Part shown: positions 1-10,496 of the stretch, piece after piece
Layout: each line of letters starts with the position of its first letter
Numbering within the stretch: the first letter of the stretch is position 1
NCBI GenBank assembly: GCA_963727455.1
Contig: CAVSGG010000015.1
Coordinates: 53,959 to 117,958, forward strand
Source of the DNA: Candidatus Krumholzibacteriota bacterium
GTDB taxonomy: Bacteria; Krumholzibacteriota; Krumholzibacteriia; JAJRXK01
Length of the DNA: 64,000 nucleotides
Direction: 5' to 3'
Made by a program: the position numbers and the translations under genes
The notes under the pieces: model-generated
Databases searched by the model: none
The model's input: only the letters and a program-made list of their open reading frames with translations
What the model was told of the DNA's origin: nothing

Positions 1-108
1 GAGCACGGTGAGATCCGGTCGTACTCCAAAGAGCGCCATCCGGTCGATGACGGTGAGCTGGAGAACCAGCGCGAGCATTGCGGTGAGTGTGAGTCGCAGA
101 GAACTCAA
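1..108 (-). CDS. mreD: Rod shape-determining protein MreD, N-terminal part (runs off window)
   Basis: Manual translation from TTG at 108, overlapping the mreC stop: MSSLRLTLTAMLALVLQLTVIDRMALFGVRPDLTVL. Hydrophobic, with the MreD-type G-x-R-P-D-L motif, directly downstream of mreC. Confidence 0.85.
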   Translation of the reverse strand, partial: MSSLRLTLTAMLALVLQLTVIDRMALFGVRPDLTVL

Positions 109-962
109 TGCCTCGCTCCCCGGCTCGCGTCGATCTCTGGTGGCAGCACACTATCGTCGTGCCGCGAGTACCAGGGACCGGGTCGAGTGATCACATAGAC
201 TTGAGAGAGGGCACTGAAGTGGACCGCCGCCTCGATCTCCACGTGCTGGAAGAGTTCGACTTTGGAAAGCTCCACCTGCGAGACGCGCCCCACCGGAATT
301 CCGCGCGGCACCGTCCCCCCCAAACCGCTCGTGACGATCTCATCGCCCACCGCTATGGGATCCCCCTGAGGTACGTGATCCATGAGGAAGATGCGACCGT
401 TGTAACGCAAAAGGCCGGTCACTCCACTGGATACCGACTCGACGCTGATTCTGGCGTCGGCTTCGGTCAATAGCTCCACCAGGGCGGTCTTCGCGTCGAG
501 GAGTTCCCGAACTCTTCCCACGAGTCCGCTCTCGGTGACGACCGGCTGCCAGATGCGCAGACTGTCCTCGTTCTGAATCCGAATTTTGGCCTGGACCGGA
601 ATGCGGTTCACCGTCAGTTCCAGCACGAGAGCGGGGGCCAACTTGCCGCGGTTATGTTCGAAGAATCCGGCTCTACGTTCGAGTTCCTCGAAGCGGCGCC
701 GCTGCAGCCCAATCTGTACCGCATCCAACTCCATCGCCGCAATCTTCCCGCGCAGCTCCTCGTTTTCCTTGCGTAAGGTGCCGAGGTCGTCGACGACGCG
801 AGCAATCCACTCCACTGGCGTAAACACGCGGTGAGCTAAGCGGGTGCCCACGTCCAGACGGGTGGGGTTGTCCAGGGAAATTGCCCATAGCGAAAGCGCC
901 ACGCAGATGACCAGCACGATCTGATCGCGAAAGCGCGAGAGGCCCTCGGGGAGTCTGGCCAT
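105..962 (-). CDS. mreC: Rod shape-determining protein MreC
   Basis: N-terminal TM, coiled coil LRKENEELR, PVVTESGLVGRV, GDEIVTSGLGGTVPRGIPVGRV motifs; follows mreB. Confidence 0.95.
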   Translation of the reverse strand: MARLPEGLSRFRDQIVLVICVALSLWAISLDNPTRLDVGTRLAHRVFTPVEWIARVVDDLGTLRKENEELRGKIAAMELDAVQIGLQRRRFEELERRAGFFEHNRGKLAPALVLELTVNRIPVQAKIRIQNEDSLRIWQPVVTESGLVGRVRELLDAKTALVELLTEADARISVESVSSGVTGLLRYNGRIFLMDHVPQGDPIAVGDEIVTSGLGGTVPRGIPVGRVSQVELSKVELFQHVEIEAAVHFSALSQVYVITRPGPWYSRHDDSVLPPEIDASRGARH

Positions 963-963
963 C

Positions 964-2034
964 TCAATCCTTGGCGGAGTGAATGATCACGTCCTCATAA
1001 GAACTCACGTTGTCGAGGATCTTTCCCGTACCCAGGACGACACAATAGAGAGGATCATCCACCATGTTGAGAGGAAGGTTCGTGGCTTCCTTGAGAAGCA
1101 TATCGAGACCTTTGAGTAGACTTCCTCCGCCAGTCATAACGATACCGCGGTCCACGATATCCGCCGCCAGTTCGGGGGGAGTGTGTTCGAGCGCCTCCTT
1201 CACCGCTTCCACGATTTGGTCGATCGGTTCCTGCAGCGCCTGTCGGATCTCGTCGCTCGAAATCCTCAGAGTCTTGGGGATGCCCGCCACCAGATCGCGC
1301 CCTTTCACTTCCCACTCGATCTCCTCGTCGAATTTATACGCGCTGCCAATCTCCTTCTTGATGGCCTCCGCAGTGGGAAGTCCGATGAGGAGATTGTAGT
1401 TCTTCTTCACGTAGCCCACGATCGCCTCGTCCAGTTCGTCTCCACCGACGCGAATGGACTTATCGCACACGATACCGTTGAGGGCGATCACCGCGATTTC
1501 CGTAGTACCCCCTCCGATGTCGATGATCATGTTGCCGCTGGGCTGATCGACCGGCAGACCCACTCCAATCGCGGCAGCGATGGGTTCGGCCACCAAGAAG
1601 ACTTCCCGCGCACCGGCGTGTTTGGCCGAGTCCCGTACCGCGCGCTTCTCGACCTCGGTGATGCCGCTGGGAACGCAGATGATGATTCGGGGCGCAATGA
1701 AGTGGCGCTTGTTCTGCGCCATGTTGATGAACTCGCGCAGCATGTATTCCGTGACTTCGAAGTCGGCGATCACGCCATCCTTGAGGGGGCGAATGGCCTC
1801 GATCTTGTCAGGGGTCTTTCCCAACATGGCCTTGGCCTGCGAACCGACGGCCAGAACTTTGCGGCTCGACTTGTCCACGGTGACCACGCTGGGTTCGTTG
1901 AGCACGATACCCTTACCCTTGATGTAGACCAGGGTATTTGCCGTTCCGAGATCGATCGCGATATCGTTAGTGAAGAGATTGTTGAAGCGATTCCAGAGAC
2001 TCAATTTACGCATACCCGTGCTCGTGCTCGTCAT
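964..2034 (-). CDS. mreB: Rod shape-determining actin homolog MreB
   Basis: [45 protein letters not shown] motifs. Start could be the ATG at 2013. Confidence 0.98.
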   Translation of the reverse strand: MTSTSTGMRKLSLWNRFNNLFTNDIAIDLGTANTLVYIKGKGIVLNEPSVVTVDKSSRKVLAVGSQAKAMLGKTPDKIEAIRPLKDGVIADFEVTEYMLREFINMAQNKRHFIAPRIIICVPSGITEVEKRAVRDSAKHAGAREVFLVAEPIAAAIGVGLPVDQPSGNMIIDIGGGTTEIAVIALNGIVCDKSIRVGGDELDEAIVGYVKKNYNLLIGLPTAEAIKKEIGSAYKFDEEIEWEVKGRDLVAGIPKTLRISSDEIRQALQEPIDQIVEAVKEALEHTPPELAADIVDRGIVMTGGGSLLKGLDMLLKEATNLPLNMVDDPLYCVVLGTGKILDNVSSYEDVIIHSAKD

Positions 2035-2053
2035 CGTTCCTCCGGCGCCCGCG

Positions 2054-2728
2054 TCAGAGCGCTCCTCGCTCTCGCAGGCTAACGTAGCTTCCCTCGCCCA
2101 GGACCAGGTGGTCCAAGAGAGTCACCCCCAGAGTCTCGCCGCAGCCGGCGATGCGGCGCGTGAGACGCAAATCGTCTTGGCTCGGCTCGGGCGAACCCGA
2201 GGGATGATTGTGCCCGAGCACGATCGCCGCCGAGGCCACCGCGATGGCTCCTCGGAATATTTCCCGCGCTTCTACGTTCGCGGAGTTCAGAGTACCCAGA
2301 GCAACCAACTGCACGCGCAGGACTTGATGCCGGGCTCCCAAATGAAGTACCGCGACTCCCTCCTGCTCGAGTCCTCCCAGAACCGTGCGTAGAAGCCGCG
2401 CCGCGCTCTCGGGTCCCTCGATCAGCTCCAGAGATTCCGCCTCTCCCTGCTCCGCGCGACGTCCCAGTTCGAACGCTGCGCTCAGAGTCGTGCTACGAGC
2501 GAGTCCGACCCCCTCCAGCCGGCTGAGCTCAGAGGCCTCGGCACGGGAAAGATGCCGCAGGTCGCCGAATCGAGCCAGCACTGATCGCGCCAGCTCGAGA
2601 GCCTGGCACGAAGAGCCTCCTCTGGCCAGGACGAGGGCCAGAAGTTCCACAGCTGAGAGAGCGGAGGGGCCCCATCGCCGACAGCGCTCTCTCGCATCTA
2701 CCACCTCATCGATGGAACTCGATCTCAC
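2054..2728 (-). CDS. radC: RadC family JAB/MPN domain protein
   Basis: [10 protein letters not shown]-terminus, HhH-like GVGLAR, JAMM motif [20 protein letters not shown]; radC-mreBCD synteny. Confidence 0.93.
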   Translation of the reverse strand: MRSSSIDEVVDARERCRRWGPSALSAVELLALVLARGGSSCQALELARSVLARFGDLRHLSRAEASELSRLEGVGLARSTTLSAAFELGRRAEQGEAESLELIEGPESAARLLRTVLGGLEQEGVAVLHLGARHQVLRVQLVALGTLNSANVEAREIFRGAIAVASAAIVLGHNHPSGSPEPSQDDLRLTRRIAGCGETLGVTLLDHLVLGEGSYVSLRERGAL

Positions 2729-2982
2729 TGCAAAATGGGGGGGCGTCCACCAGTGGGGGCTTCGCGACGGCGCTCAGGCTCGTAAGTCGTTGCATGAAAA
2801 CACTCTAACCGCCAACTGCGAATGCAAGATAGCAGAGCTTCGCCGGCGGGGGCAACACTTATTTGGACAAGAGCGGTAGCTGGGGTAAGTTCTCCGCAGC
2901 CGAGGATGAAGCCTCCCCAAAGACGGCGTGATCCTTGCGATTCCCTGCCGAGGCGCAATCGAAATCTTTCCTGAAGGTGCAC

Positions 2983-4182
2983 GTGATCACTCGAATTTTG
3001 AAATTTGGTGGCTCATCTCTTGCCGGTGTTGAACTCATTGCTGCCGCCGCCGAGCGCGTCCACCGCCTACTGGAGGGAGGGCTGCGGCCGGTCGTGGTGG
3101 TCTCCGCCGTGTCCGACACCACCAATCGTCTCCTCTCCACCGCGCGCAGTATTCACCCTGAGGCACCCGGGAGCGAACTGGATCGCCTTTTGGCCACCGG
3201 TGAGATGCAGTCCGCTGCCTTCCTCGCCATCGCCTTGGCCAAGCGGGGACTCCCCTCGCGCTCCTTCACCGGGCCGGAGGCGGGTGTCATCACCGACGAC
3301 GATTTTGGTCGCGCGCGCGTTCTGCGCGTGGACGCGGCGGCGGTCACTGCATCGCTCGAAGCCGGCGAGATTCCAGTAGTCGCCGGCTTCCAGGGAAAGA
3401 CCGAGGACGGACGCATTACCACCTTGGGGCGCGGCGGCACTGACATCACGGCCGCGGTCCTCGGAGTACATTTCAAGGCCGATCGGATCGTCTACTATCG
3501 AGACGCGGACGGAATCTACGGCGTCGATCCCAAGATGCTGCCGGTGCGCGGCCGCAGAATCGACCGCTTGGACTACGAGCACATGATCGACCTGGCCGAG
3601 GCAGGTGTTCCGATACTCCATCCCCAGGCCCTGGAGATCGCTAAGGCACACGGGCTCGAACTCGAACTCCGCAGCTTCCGGGAAGGTGGCGGATGCACTC
3701 TGGTCACCGAGGGGCCCATTCCCTCGCCGCATCCGGTGTGGAGCCTCTGCCTCTCCCCTCCCATTTGTCTGCTCACCCTGGAAGGACTCCCCCAAGATAC
3801 CGGGACACTTTCGCGACTCACCGCGCTCTTGGACCGTACTGATCTGCCTCTGGATGCGGCGCTCTACCGGGGGCCCGATGAGTTGTGCATGAGCATTCAG
3901 GTTCCCGAGATGGACGGTGAGACCTTGTCGGCCCAGTTAGGCGACTTCTTACGCGAGGAGAGTTCGGTCACCATCGGTCTCGAGCGCGACCGACGTCGCG
4001 TGACGATGGTGGGACAGGGAGTCTCGTCGAGAAAGGCCACGACTGCGGTCGAACAGACCGGGGCACAGTTGGGGCCGCCTCTCTTTACCTTCCACGGGCC
4101 GCACCATCGAGCTTTCGTGGTGCCCGAGGCGGAAGGTTCGGCCTGGCTCGCGAGTCTTCACCAACTGCTCTTGAAGCACTGA
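2983..4182 (+). CDS. lysC: Aspartate kinase
   Basis: LKFGGSS, VVVVSA, LLATGE, VVAGFQG, TTLGRGGTD, DADGIY..DP motifs. GTG start at 2983 after SD-like GAAGGTG. C-terminal regulatory region is divergent. Confidence 0.88.
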   Translation: MITRILKFGGSSLAGVELIAAAAERVHRLLEGGLRPVVVVSAVSDTTNRLLSTARSIHPEAPGSELDRLLATGEMQSAAFLAIALAKRGLPSRSFTGPEAGVITDDDFGRARVLRVDAAAVTASLEAGEIPVVAGFQGKTEDGRITTLGRGGTDITAAVLGVHFKADRIVYYRDADGIYGVDPKMLPVRGRRIDRLDYEHMIDLAEAGVPILHPQALEIAKAHGLELELRSFREGGGCTLVTEGPIPSPHPVWSLCLSPPICLLTLEGLPQDTGTLSRLTALLDRTDLPLDAALYRGPDELCMSIQVPEMDGETLSAQLGDFLREESSVTIGLERDRRRVTMVGQGVSSRKATTAVEQTGAQLGPPLFTFHGPHHRAFVVPEAEGSAWLASLHQLLLKH

Positions 4183-4192
4183 GGAACCGCCC

Positions 4193-5167
4193 TCAGGCGA
4201 TCCATGACCACAAGCTCTCGCGGGAGAGGCGGTCCGCGACATCCACGCGTCGCACCGCCACGATGGATTGCATGAGCTCCTCAACCAGCCCGAACTCTTG
4301 CTCCTGGACTCTACCCCGCGCGTGCAGGATGGCGCCCTCGCCGGCATAGAACGCGACATGGTCTACCGGCTCGTGAAAGAAAATGAGATCTCCCGGCTCC
4401 CACGAATCCTGTCGCACCGAGACGGGCTTGCCACAGCGCGACTGCTGCACCGCATCACGAGGCAGGTAGTATCCGCAGGAGTGCGCGACGAGCTGGAGAT
4501 AACCACTGCAGTCCACGCCCAGTGCGCTTCGTCCCCCCCAGCGATAGGGCGCTCCTAAGTACCGGCGCGCCTCGGGCACCAGGCGCGATCTCTCGGGGCT
4601 AAGCGGTACTCTGCGAACCAGCTCGCGCGCGAGTGTCCCGCGGGTGCCGTCGGGCAGTTCCGCGGAGAACTCGGAGGAATCGGAGACGTGCTCCTCCACA
4701 CGAAGCAGCGGGGTACCGCCGATGAGGGCGAGAGGATGTCCCTGCTCCGTTTTGAGCGTCGCGAATGGAGTTTCGATCAGTCCCGTTCGTTGCGACAGCA
4801 GTTCGTCCTTCTCTCCGGGAGCCAGGGTGCGGCAGGACCAGGATCGAAGCCAGCTGACGTAGCCGTCCTCCGAAGCCACCAGGAGCCAGTCGCCGTGCGT
4901 CAGGATGTGTTGGAGAATTTCTCCCATCCGCACTTCGCTCAAGAGCTGTGCGTGGTGCGAAGGGGCCTCCCGCAGGGCTTCGAGCGGCGTTTGTACGAGG
5001 AATTCGTCCCCAGCAACGATGGCTGAGACCCCGGCCAACTCGGCTGCGGATTCGGGCCAAGCGCAGGGCTTGCCCCGCGCGTCGAATCCGAGGTAGGCAT
5101 TGCGCCAATCGACTGCGAGGGCGGCCATTTTTTCGCGGAGCGAGTGAGCAAGTCTGGGATCGATCAC
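4193..5167 (-). CDS. NlpC/P60 (C40) cysteine peptidase, YkfC/dipeptidyl-peptidase VI-like with SH3-like N-terminal region
   Basis: YLGAPYRWGGRSALGVDCSGY, LPRDAVQQ, PGDLIFF, HVAFY, ILHA give a Cys-His-His triad. GTG start at 5167 just after the upstream stop; no obvious signal peptide. Confidence 0.88.
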   Translation of the reverse strand: MIDPRLAHSLREKMAALAVDWRNAYLGFDARGKPCAWPESAAELAGVSAIVAGDEFLVQTPLEALREAPSHHAQLLSEVRMGEILQHILTHGDWLLVASEDGYVSWLRSWSCRTLAPGEKDELLSQRTGLIETPFATLKTEQGHPLALIGGTPLLRVEEHVSDSSEFSAELPDGTRGTLARELVRRVPLSPERSRLVPEARRYLGAPYRWGGRSALGVDCSGYLQLVAHSCGYYLPRDAVQQSRCGKPVSVRQDSWEPGDLIFFHEPVDHVAFYAGEGAILHARGRVQEQEFGLVEELMQSIVAVRRVDVADRLSRESLWSWIA

Positions 5168-5180
5168 CGCTTTTGCCCCT

Positions 5181-6509
5181 TCAATCCTGTTCCCGCCAGA
5201 CCAATGTCCAGTGACCCAATCCATCGTCGTCACGGAAGTAGTAGGTCTCGCCCCGATCGAGGTAGTGCCACAGTTCATATTCCGCGCTGCTGCTCTGCAA
5301 CATCGTCTGGCTCTCGATGCTATCCGGAGGTCCCAATCTCACGTAGACGCGCCCCCGATCGCTGGTGGCACCATCGGAACTTCCATCGCGGAAATTCTCC
5401 CGGGCGTGGCTGACGCGCTCGTAATGTTCCTTCAGGCGGGGATTTCCTGGAGATTCTGGATCCGGATCGCGGCGCTGCCAAAACGCCTTCCAGGCCTCGC
5501 GCCGCTTTGGTGCGGGCGTTTGACGCAGGCTCTCCAGTTCCTCGTCGCTCGCGATTCCCTCGATGACGCGAAGGTTGGATTCCCACTGTTTGTCCGAACT
5601 CGTGTCCAGACCGTAGTTTTGGAATTCGAGCTTCCTCTCGTCCCCTCCGACCAGGAGCACTTTGAGCTGATTCTCTCCCTCGGCGCAGGCTCGCGGAGGG
5701 AGCCGCAGCAGAACCGAACGCTCCTTCACCTGGCTTGCGAAACGGACCCTCCGCGACCAGCGGATTCTGCCGTTCCCGCGGTCTCCCCTGATCTGAAACC
5801 CGAGGCTCAAGGAATCCCGTTCGCTTGCGGGCCGGAAATCGTAGATTTGCACCAGCACATAGGGATCTCCCGAGGAGAGATCGAAGAGGGGGTAGTTAGA
5901 ACGGGTGAAGGTCTTGGCAAGCTGACCCGACTGCAGAGGGATCAAATTCGTATCGATGGCCGCTACGCTCGCGGGATCGCGAGGATGGTAGAGGGCGACA
6001 TCTCCCAGGGCGATCCCCCCCGGCGGAACGTGGGGGCGGCCGAGGGTGAATTCCCGCTTCCCCCAGCGACGCGATCCCTCCAGGTCCATCCGCACGTTCA
6101 CCAGGACTGTCTTGGCTGGAGTGGGCGCCAGAGGAAATTCCAATTCTCGTTTGAGAACCGTCGAGGCCCGCGTCTGATCGTAGTCCTCTACGAAGACCTC
6201 CCCATCCCACTCCTGGGAACGCAGGGCCTTCTTCTCCTCATCGCGCTGCACCACTCTCAGGTGATACCCCGCGCGAAACCTCCCGTCGTCCTGTTTCAGG
6301 AAGATGAGGTTGCGGTAAGGTACCGAGATCGTCACCACTGCTTCAGGACGTCCGGTATCATCGAAGCCGGCCTTGACCTCGCTGTCATACCAACCGTGCG
6401 GTCCACCACCCCAATCGCCATCCTCGAATTTGCGTTGAGCATGGGCAGAAGGAGAGCCCAGCAAGAGGATGGTCATCAGCGCCAAGAGAGCTGAGGAAGT
6501 GCGTCGCAC
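5181..6509 (-). CDS. GWxTD domain-containing exported protein
   Basis: Signal peptide MRRTSSALLALMTILLLGSPSAHA. C-terminal FWQRRDPDPESPGNPRLKEHYERVSHARENF...GATSDRGRVYVRLGPPD...ELWHY is typical of GWxTD domains. Start reassigned to GTG at 6509. Confidence 0.85.
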   Translation of the reverse strand: MRRTSSALLALMTILLLGSPSAHAQRKFEDGDWGGGPHGWYDSEVKAGFDDTGRPEAVVTISVPYRNLIFLKQDDGRFRAGYHLRVVQRDEEKKALRSQEWDGEVFVEDYDQTRASTVLKRELEFPLAPTPAKTVLVNVRMDLEGSRRWGKREFTLGRPHVPPGGIALGDVALYHPRDPASVAAIDTNLIPLQSGQLAKTFTRSNYPLFDLSSGDPYVLVQIYDFRPASERDSLSLGFQIRGDRGNGRIRWSRRVRFASQVKERSVLLRLPPRACAEGENQLKVLLVGGDERKLEFQNYGLDTSSDKQWESNLRVIEGIASDEELESLRQTPAPKRREAWKAFWQRRDPDPESPGNPRLKEHYERVSHARENFRDGSSDGATSDRGRVYVRLGPPDSIESQTMLQSSSAEYELWHYLDRGETYYFRDDDGLGHWTLVWREQD

Positions 6510-6513
6510 GAAT

Positions 6514-7206
6514 TCAGGGGGTATCCACGGCAAGATCTGATTCGATCGCTCCATCACGCAGACGAACGATACGTCTGGCGTGCGCAGCGATCTCCTCCTC
6601 GTGCGTGACGATGATGATGGTATGTCCCCGCGCGTGTAGGGCATCCAAGATCTCCATGATCTCATCACTGGTTCTGGAGTCCAGGTTGCCAGTGGGTTCG
6701 TCGGCCAAGAGAATGGAAGGTTTGTTGACGAGAGCTCGAGCGATGGCCACTCGTTGATTCTGTCCTCCCGACAATTCGTTGGGGCGATGATGAATTCGTT
6801 CCTGAAGACCCACTGCCTGGAGGGCTTCTCGCGCCCGACTCTCCCGCTCGGCTGCGCTGCGACCGGCATAGATCAACGGAAGCTCGACATTCTGCACCGC
6901 GGTCGATCTCGGAAGCAGATTGAAGGTCTGGAATACGAAACCGATCTCCCGGTTTCGAATGGCCGCCAATTCATCGTCATCCAGCCGATCGACCTGCGAC
7001 CCTTTGAGACGGTACGATCCGCTGGTAGGGGTGTCAAGACAGCCCAGAATGTTCATGAGAGTCGATTTCCCCGAGCCGGACGCCCCCATGATCGCGAGAT
7101 ACTCGCCCTCCTGGATAAAGAGCGTAACTCCCCTCAGCGCGTGAACCCGGTGGACGCCGAGCTGGTAGATCTTGTGCACGTCCTCGACCTGAATCAGCAA
7201 ATCCAC
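6514..7206 (-). CDS. ABC transporter ATP-binding protein, MacB/LolD (YknY-like) family
   Basis: Walker [51 protein letters not shown]. Confidence 0.95.
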   Translation of the reverse strand: MDLLIQVEDVHKIYQLGVHRVHALRGVTLFIQEGEYLAIMGASGSGKSTLMNILGCLDTPTSGSYRLKGSQVDRLDDDELAAIRNREIGFVFQTFNLLPRSTAVQNVELPLIYAGRSAAERESRAREALQAVGLQERIHHRPNELSGGQNQRVAIARALVNKPSILLADEPTGNLDSRTSDEIMEILDALHARGHTIIIVTHEEEIAAHARRIVRLRDGAIESDLAVDTP

Positions 7207-7217
7207 GCTCCTGCCGC

Positions 7218-8714
7218 TCAGCGGCCGGTGGCTCGATCAATCTTCGCGCGCGCGATGTAGAAGTCGGCGACCGCATTCACCGCGTCCCCGCGTGCCTGGG
7301 CCAGGCTCTGCTGAGCATTGATCACATCCAGGCTGGTACCCGCTCCCACTTTGAAGCGCTCCGATGCAAGCCTGAGATCCTCTTCGGCCTGGTCGATCGT
7401 CTCGCTGGCCACCTGAAAACTTTCCTTGGCTTCGATGAGGTTGTTCAAGAACCCGCTCAACTCGCTCTCCATGGTCAATTCGGACTGGCGAAGATTGTAT
7501 TCGGCGCGGCGCTTCGCGGCCAAAGCCTGACGAGAACGGTTCCTCGTCTGGAAACGATCGAAGAGATTCCAACTCAGGCGCGCACCCCAGCTATACTGCC
7601 GGTTCTTCTGCGCCCCGAAGCGATAGGGCGTCTCACTCTGGCTCAGGGATGCCTGGCCGAAAACGGCGAGCTGCGGAAAGTAACCCGAGTGCGCCTGGGT
7701 GATGGCGTACCCACTTGCCTGAAGATTCTCCTGAGCAGATTTCAGATCGAGCCGATCCTGACGCGCCTCCTGGAGCAGATCCGAGAACTTGGGCAGTTCG
7801 ATCGAGGAGATTTCGGCGGGCAGATCATCGGCCAGCTCGAAGCGCTCTGCACCGGGAATGTTCATGAAATGTGTCAGGAGCACGAAGGATTGCCGCTCCG
7901 AGTTGCGCGCCCGGACCACATCGAGCTGAGTCTGCTTGTAGCGGACTTGCGCCTGCAGTACGTCGCTCTTGGTGGCGATGCCCACGTCGAAATAGGTCTT
8001 GCTGCGATCCAGCTCCTGCTTGGCCACGTCCTGCGTCTCTTTGGCAACCTCGACCTGCTTCTGCGCGCGAAGAACGTTGTAGAACGCCTCACTCACGTCC
8101 TGCACGAGAACCTTCTCCTGGTAGCCCAAGTCGGCTTCAGCAGCCCGCACCGTTGCTTTGCTTTCCTTGATCCTGGAGATCCGGCCAAAGCCATCGAAGA
8201 CGGTCCAGTTGGTGCTGAGACTGGCCGACTTGAAAGTCTGCAGGATGGTCTGGTTGCTCGTCCCCGAAGCAGCCAGAGTGGGTTCGTAGGCCTGTGTTCC
8301 ATTGATGTCCAGCGGCAGTAGGTTCCCGTTCTGATCCACGTAGACAATCGGTTGACCGGGGATGACGGTCGAATTGGTGTAGTCGGCCACATCGAAGTCC
8401 GTGCGCTCGGAGCGATTCCAGCTGGCGGAAGCGGAGAGATCCGGCAACCACTGGGCCTTGGCGGCGGTCCGATCGCTTTTCGCCGCGGCCAGATTCTCCT
8501 CGTACACTCCCAGTGCGGTGGATCCGACCTTGGCCACCTTCAGACACTCGTCGAGTGTGACCGGGCTTCCGTCGTAGAGCCCCTTGATGGATTCCTGCAG
8601 CTGCTGGAGCTTGACTTCGAGCTGGGCATGGCAAGGACTGGAAGCCGCCGCGAGGAAAAGCAAGCACAGCGGCACTGCGAAGGATACGGTCCGGGCAAAG
8701 GACAATCTCTTCAT
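7218..8714 (-). CDS. TolC family outer-membrane efflux protein
   Basis: Signal peptide; two OEP repeats ([10 protein letters not shown]...WTVFDGFGR; YFPQLAV...WNLFDRFQT); [17 protein letters not shown]; ends AKIDRATGR. Start at ATG 8714. Confidence 0.92.
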   Translation of the reverse strand: MKRLSFARTVSFAVPLCLLFLAAASSPCHAQLEVKLQQLQESIKGLYDGSPVTLDECLKVAKVGSTALGVYEENLAAAKSDRTAAKAQWLPDLSASASWNRSERTDFDVADYTNSTVIPGQPIVYVDQNGNLLPLDINGTQAYEPTLAASGTSNQTILQTFKSASLSTNWTVFDGFGRISRIKESKATVRAAEADLGYQEKVLVQDVSEAFYNVLRAQKQVEVAKETQDVAKQELDRSKTYFDVGIATKSDVLQAQVRYKQTQLDVVRARNSERQSFVLLTHFMNIPGAERFELADDLPAEISSIELPKFSDLLQEARQDRLDLKSAQENLQASGYAITQAHSGYFPQLAVFGQASLSQSETPYRFGAQKNRQYSWGARLSWNLFDRFQTRNRSRQALAAKRRAEYNLRQSELTMESELSGFLNNLIEAKESFQVASETIDQAEEDLRLASERFKVGAGTSLDVINAQQSLAQARGDAVNAVADFYIARAKIDRATGR

Positions 8715-8914
8715 GAAACGACACTCCTTAGGGAGACACAGTGGAGATACTACCACCAGGATGAAGACTGGCCATCATGAAGTCCACTAGCAAGCCCTCG
8801 GTGAGGGGGCGAGCGGGAAACGGTTGCCGTGGATCTGAGGACATACGAATCGGCACCCCCCCAATCATACGGAAGAGTGCCGAGCAGGTTGCAGTCAAGA
8901 TCTCGCGTCGACTA

Positions 8915-9586
8915 CTAATAGAGCTTGAATCGGTACGGGAGAGTCACCCACACTTCCACCGCGAAGTCTCTCTGCTTTCCCGGTTTGAAAATGCAGCGGA
9001 GAGCCGCCTTGAGGGCCTCGGCATCCAGAATCGGATGGACGCTCTTGACCACCTCGGCCTGCTTGGCCCGCCCGTCCGTGCCCACCAGCACGTTGACCAT
9101 GACGGTCCCCTGCAACTCCATGTCGCGAGCCGTCTCGGGGTACTTGGGCGGAACCCACTTCACAATCTCGGGCTTGGTATCGAAGGCCACGAAGGTGTTC
9201 CCGGTGCTGGCCGAACCCCCACCCGTCGGGAGCGCCGCCGTATCCCAGTTGTCCGGCAGGGTCTCCGCCAAATCGACATCTTCGTTCACTTCCGCGTCCG
9301 GCGCAGCCTCGATGGGCACCTGCGGGCGGGGAATTTCCTTCGGGGGGGGCGGGATGTCGATGGCGTCGGGAATGTCGAGGATCTCGATCTTGTCTTCACG
9401 GAGATGATACGGAGTCGGTTTGTATACCGGTGAGAAGAGGAAGATCAGAAGCCAGATCAGAAGCGAGGCATAGGTGGAGCGGCGCAGATAAACGCCGTAA
9501 CGCGACTTGAAGCGTTGGTTTTCGTTGAGAAATACCGCTTCACCGAACTCGATGTGTGCGTGGTCTCTTACGTGTGCGTGCGCCAT
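8915..9586 (-). CDS. tonB: Energy transducer TonB
   Basis: N-terminal TM, Pro-rich linker (PPPPKEIPRPQVP), TonB_C domain PKYPETAR..ELQGTVMVNVLVGTDG...FKPGKQ...VWVTLPYRFKL. Confidence 0.93.
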   Translation of the reverse strand: MAHAHVRDHAHIEFGEAVFLNENQRFKSRYGVYLRRSTYASLLIWLLIFLFSPVYKPTPYHLREDKIEILDIPDAIDIPPPPKEIPRPQVPIEAAPDAEVNEDVDLAETLPDNWDTAALPTGGGSASTGNTFVAFDTKPEIVKWVPPKYPETARDMELQGTVMVNVLVGTDGRAKQAEVVKSVHPILDAEALKAALRCIFKPGKQRDFAVEVWVTLPYRFKLY

Positions 9587-9594
9587 GGCTGCCT

Positions 9595-10017
9595 CTAATA
9601 CTTCGGACCGGGCCTGGATTCGAACTTGTCGTTGAAACTCACGCGAACCGCATTGGCTTCTTTGAGCTTCTCCATCACATCATCCATGACCTTGTACTTG
9701 GCACGGGTGTCGGTCTGGAAGGCCACGATCATGAGCGGGTTCTCTTTGTATTTCTGCAGCATGATCGGATACACAGAATCGAGATTCACGATCTTGTCAT
9801 CGATCGAGATCCTGCCCTTGCGATCGATCCAGATGTGGCTCACCAGCTCTCGCTTTGGTTCCACTCCTGACTCGGCTCGCGGCAAATCGACCGGCAAACC
9901 GTCCTCGGTCTTGAAGACCGTGGTCACCATGAAAAAGAGTAGCAGCATGAACACGATGTCGCCCATCGAGGCGGTCGGGATGCTCGTGCTGGACTTGATG
10001 TTCTTTTCGAACTTCAC
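9595..10017 (-). CDS. exbD: Biopolymer transport protein ExbD/TolR (copy 2)
   Basis: IPTASMGDIVFMLLLFFMVTT with the conserved TM Asp, VDLPRA, DTRAKY..MDDVMEKLKEA. Confidence 0.93.
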   Translation of the reverse strand: MKFEKNIKSSTSIPTASMGDIVFMLLLFFMVTTVFKTEDGLPVDLPRAESGVEPKRELVSHIWIDRKGRISIDDKIVNLDSVYPIMLQKYKENPLMIVAFQTDTRAKYKVMDDVMEKLKEANAVRVSFNDKFESRPGPKY

Positions 10018-10028
10018 GTCGGATTCCT

Positions 10029-10445
10029 CTAGGTCTTCAACATCTTGATCGCCATGCGCCGAGCCTTGGCCAGACGGATTTCGTCCAGAACTGACACCAT
10101 TGCGCCATAATCGGCGTCGGGGTGGGTGCTCAGAATGACGACCAGCTTGCTATTGGCCTTGAGCCTGCGAATCAGCTCGTTCTTGATCTGGTTGACCCGG
10201 ATCGGCACGCCATCGAGAGTGACCTGATTGAACGCATCGATCTTCAGATCCGCGACGTTCGACTGCTTGACCTTGACCTCTTCCGTCGAATCCGTCTTGG
10301 CCGGAAGAATGAGCGGAAGCCCGAGCTCCTGATTGAAGATCGTTGCGACCATGAAGAAGATGAGCAACAAGAAGACGATATCCGAGATCGACGCCATGTT
10401 GATCTCGGCGACACCCTGCTTCCTGCGCTTCAAGTTCACAGCCAT
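10029..10445 (-). CDS. exbD: Biopolymer transport protein ExbD/TolR (copy 1)
   Basis: INMASISDIVFLLLIFFMVAT, LPAK, ADYGAMVSVLDEIRLA. Confidence 0.93.
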   Translation of the reverse strand: MAVNLKRRKQGVAEINMASISDIVFLLLIFFMVATIFNQELGLPLILPAKTDSTEEVKVKQSNVADLKIDAFNQVTLDGVPIRVNQIKNELIRRLKANSKLVVILSTHPDADYGAMVSVLDEIRLAKARRMAIKMLKT

Positions 10446-10496
10446 GATCTACTACTCCGCTTCAACTCTCGTCGCTGACTCCGAGTTCCCCGGGTC

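Noticed and set aside
2054-2728. radC as a marker of a mobile element
   Set aside because: It is the full-length chromosomal form in the usual radC-mreBCD context, with no integrase or att sites nearby.
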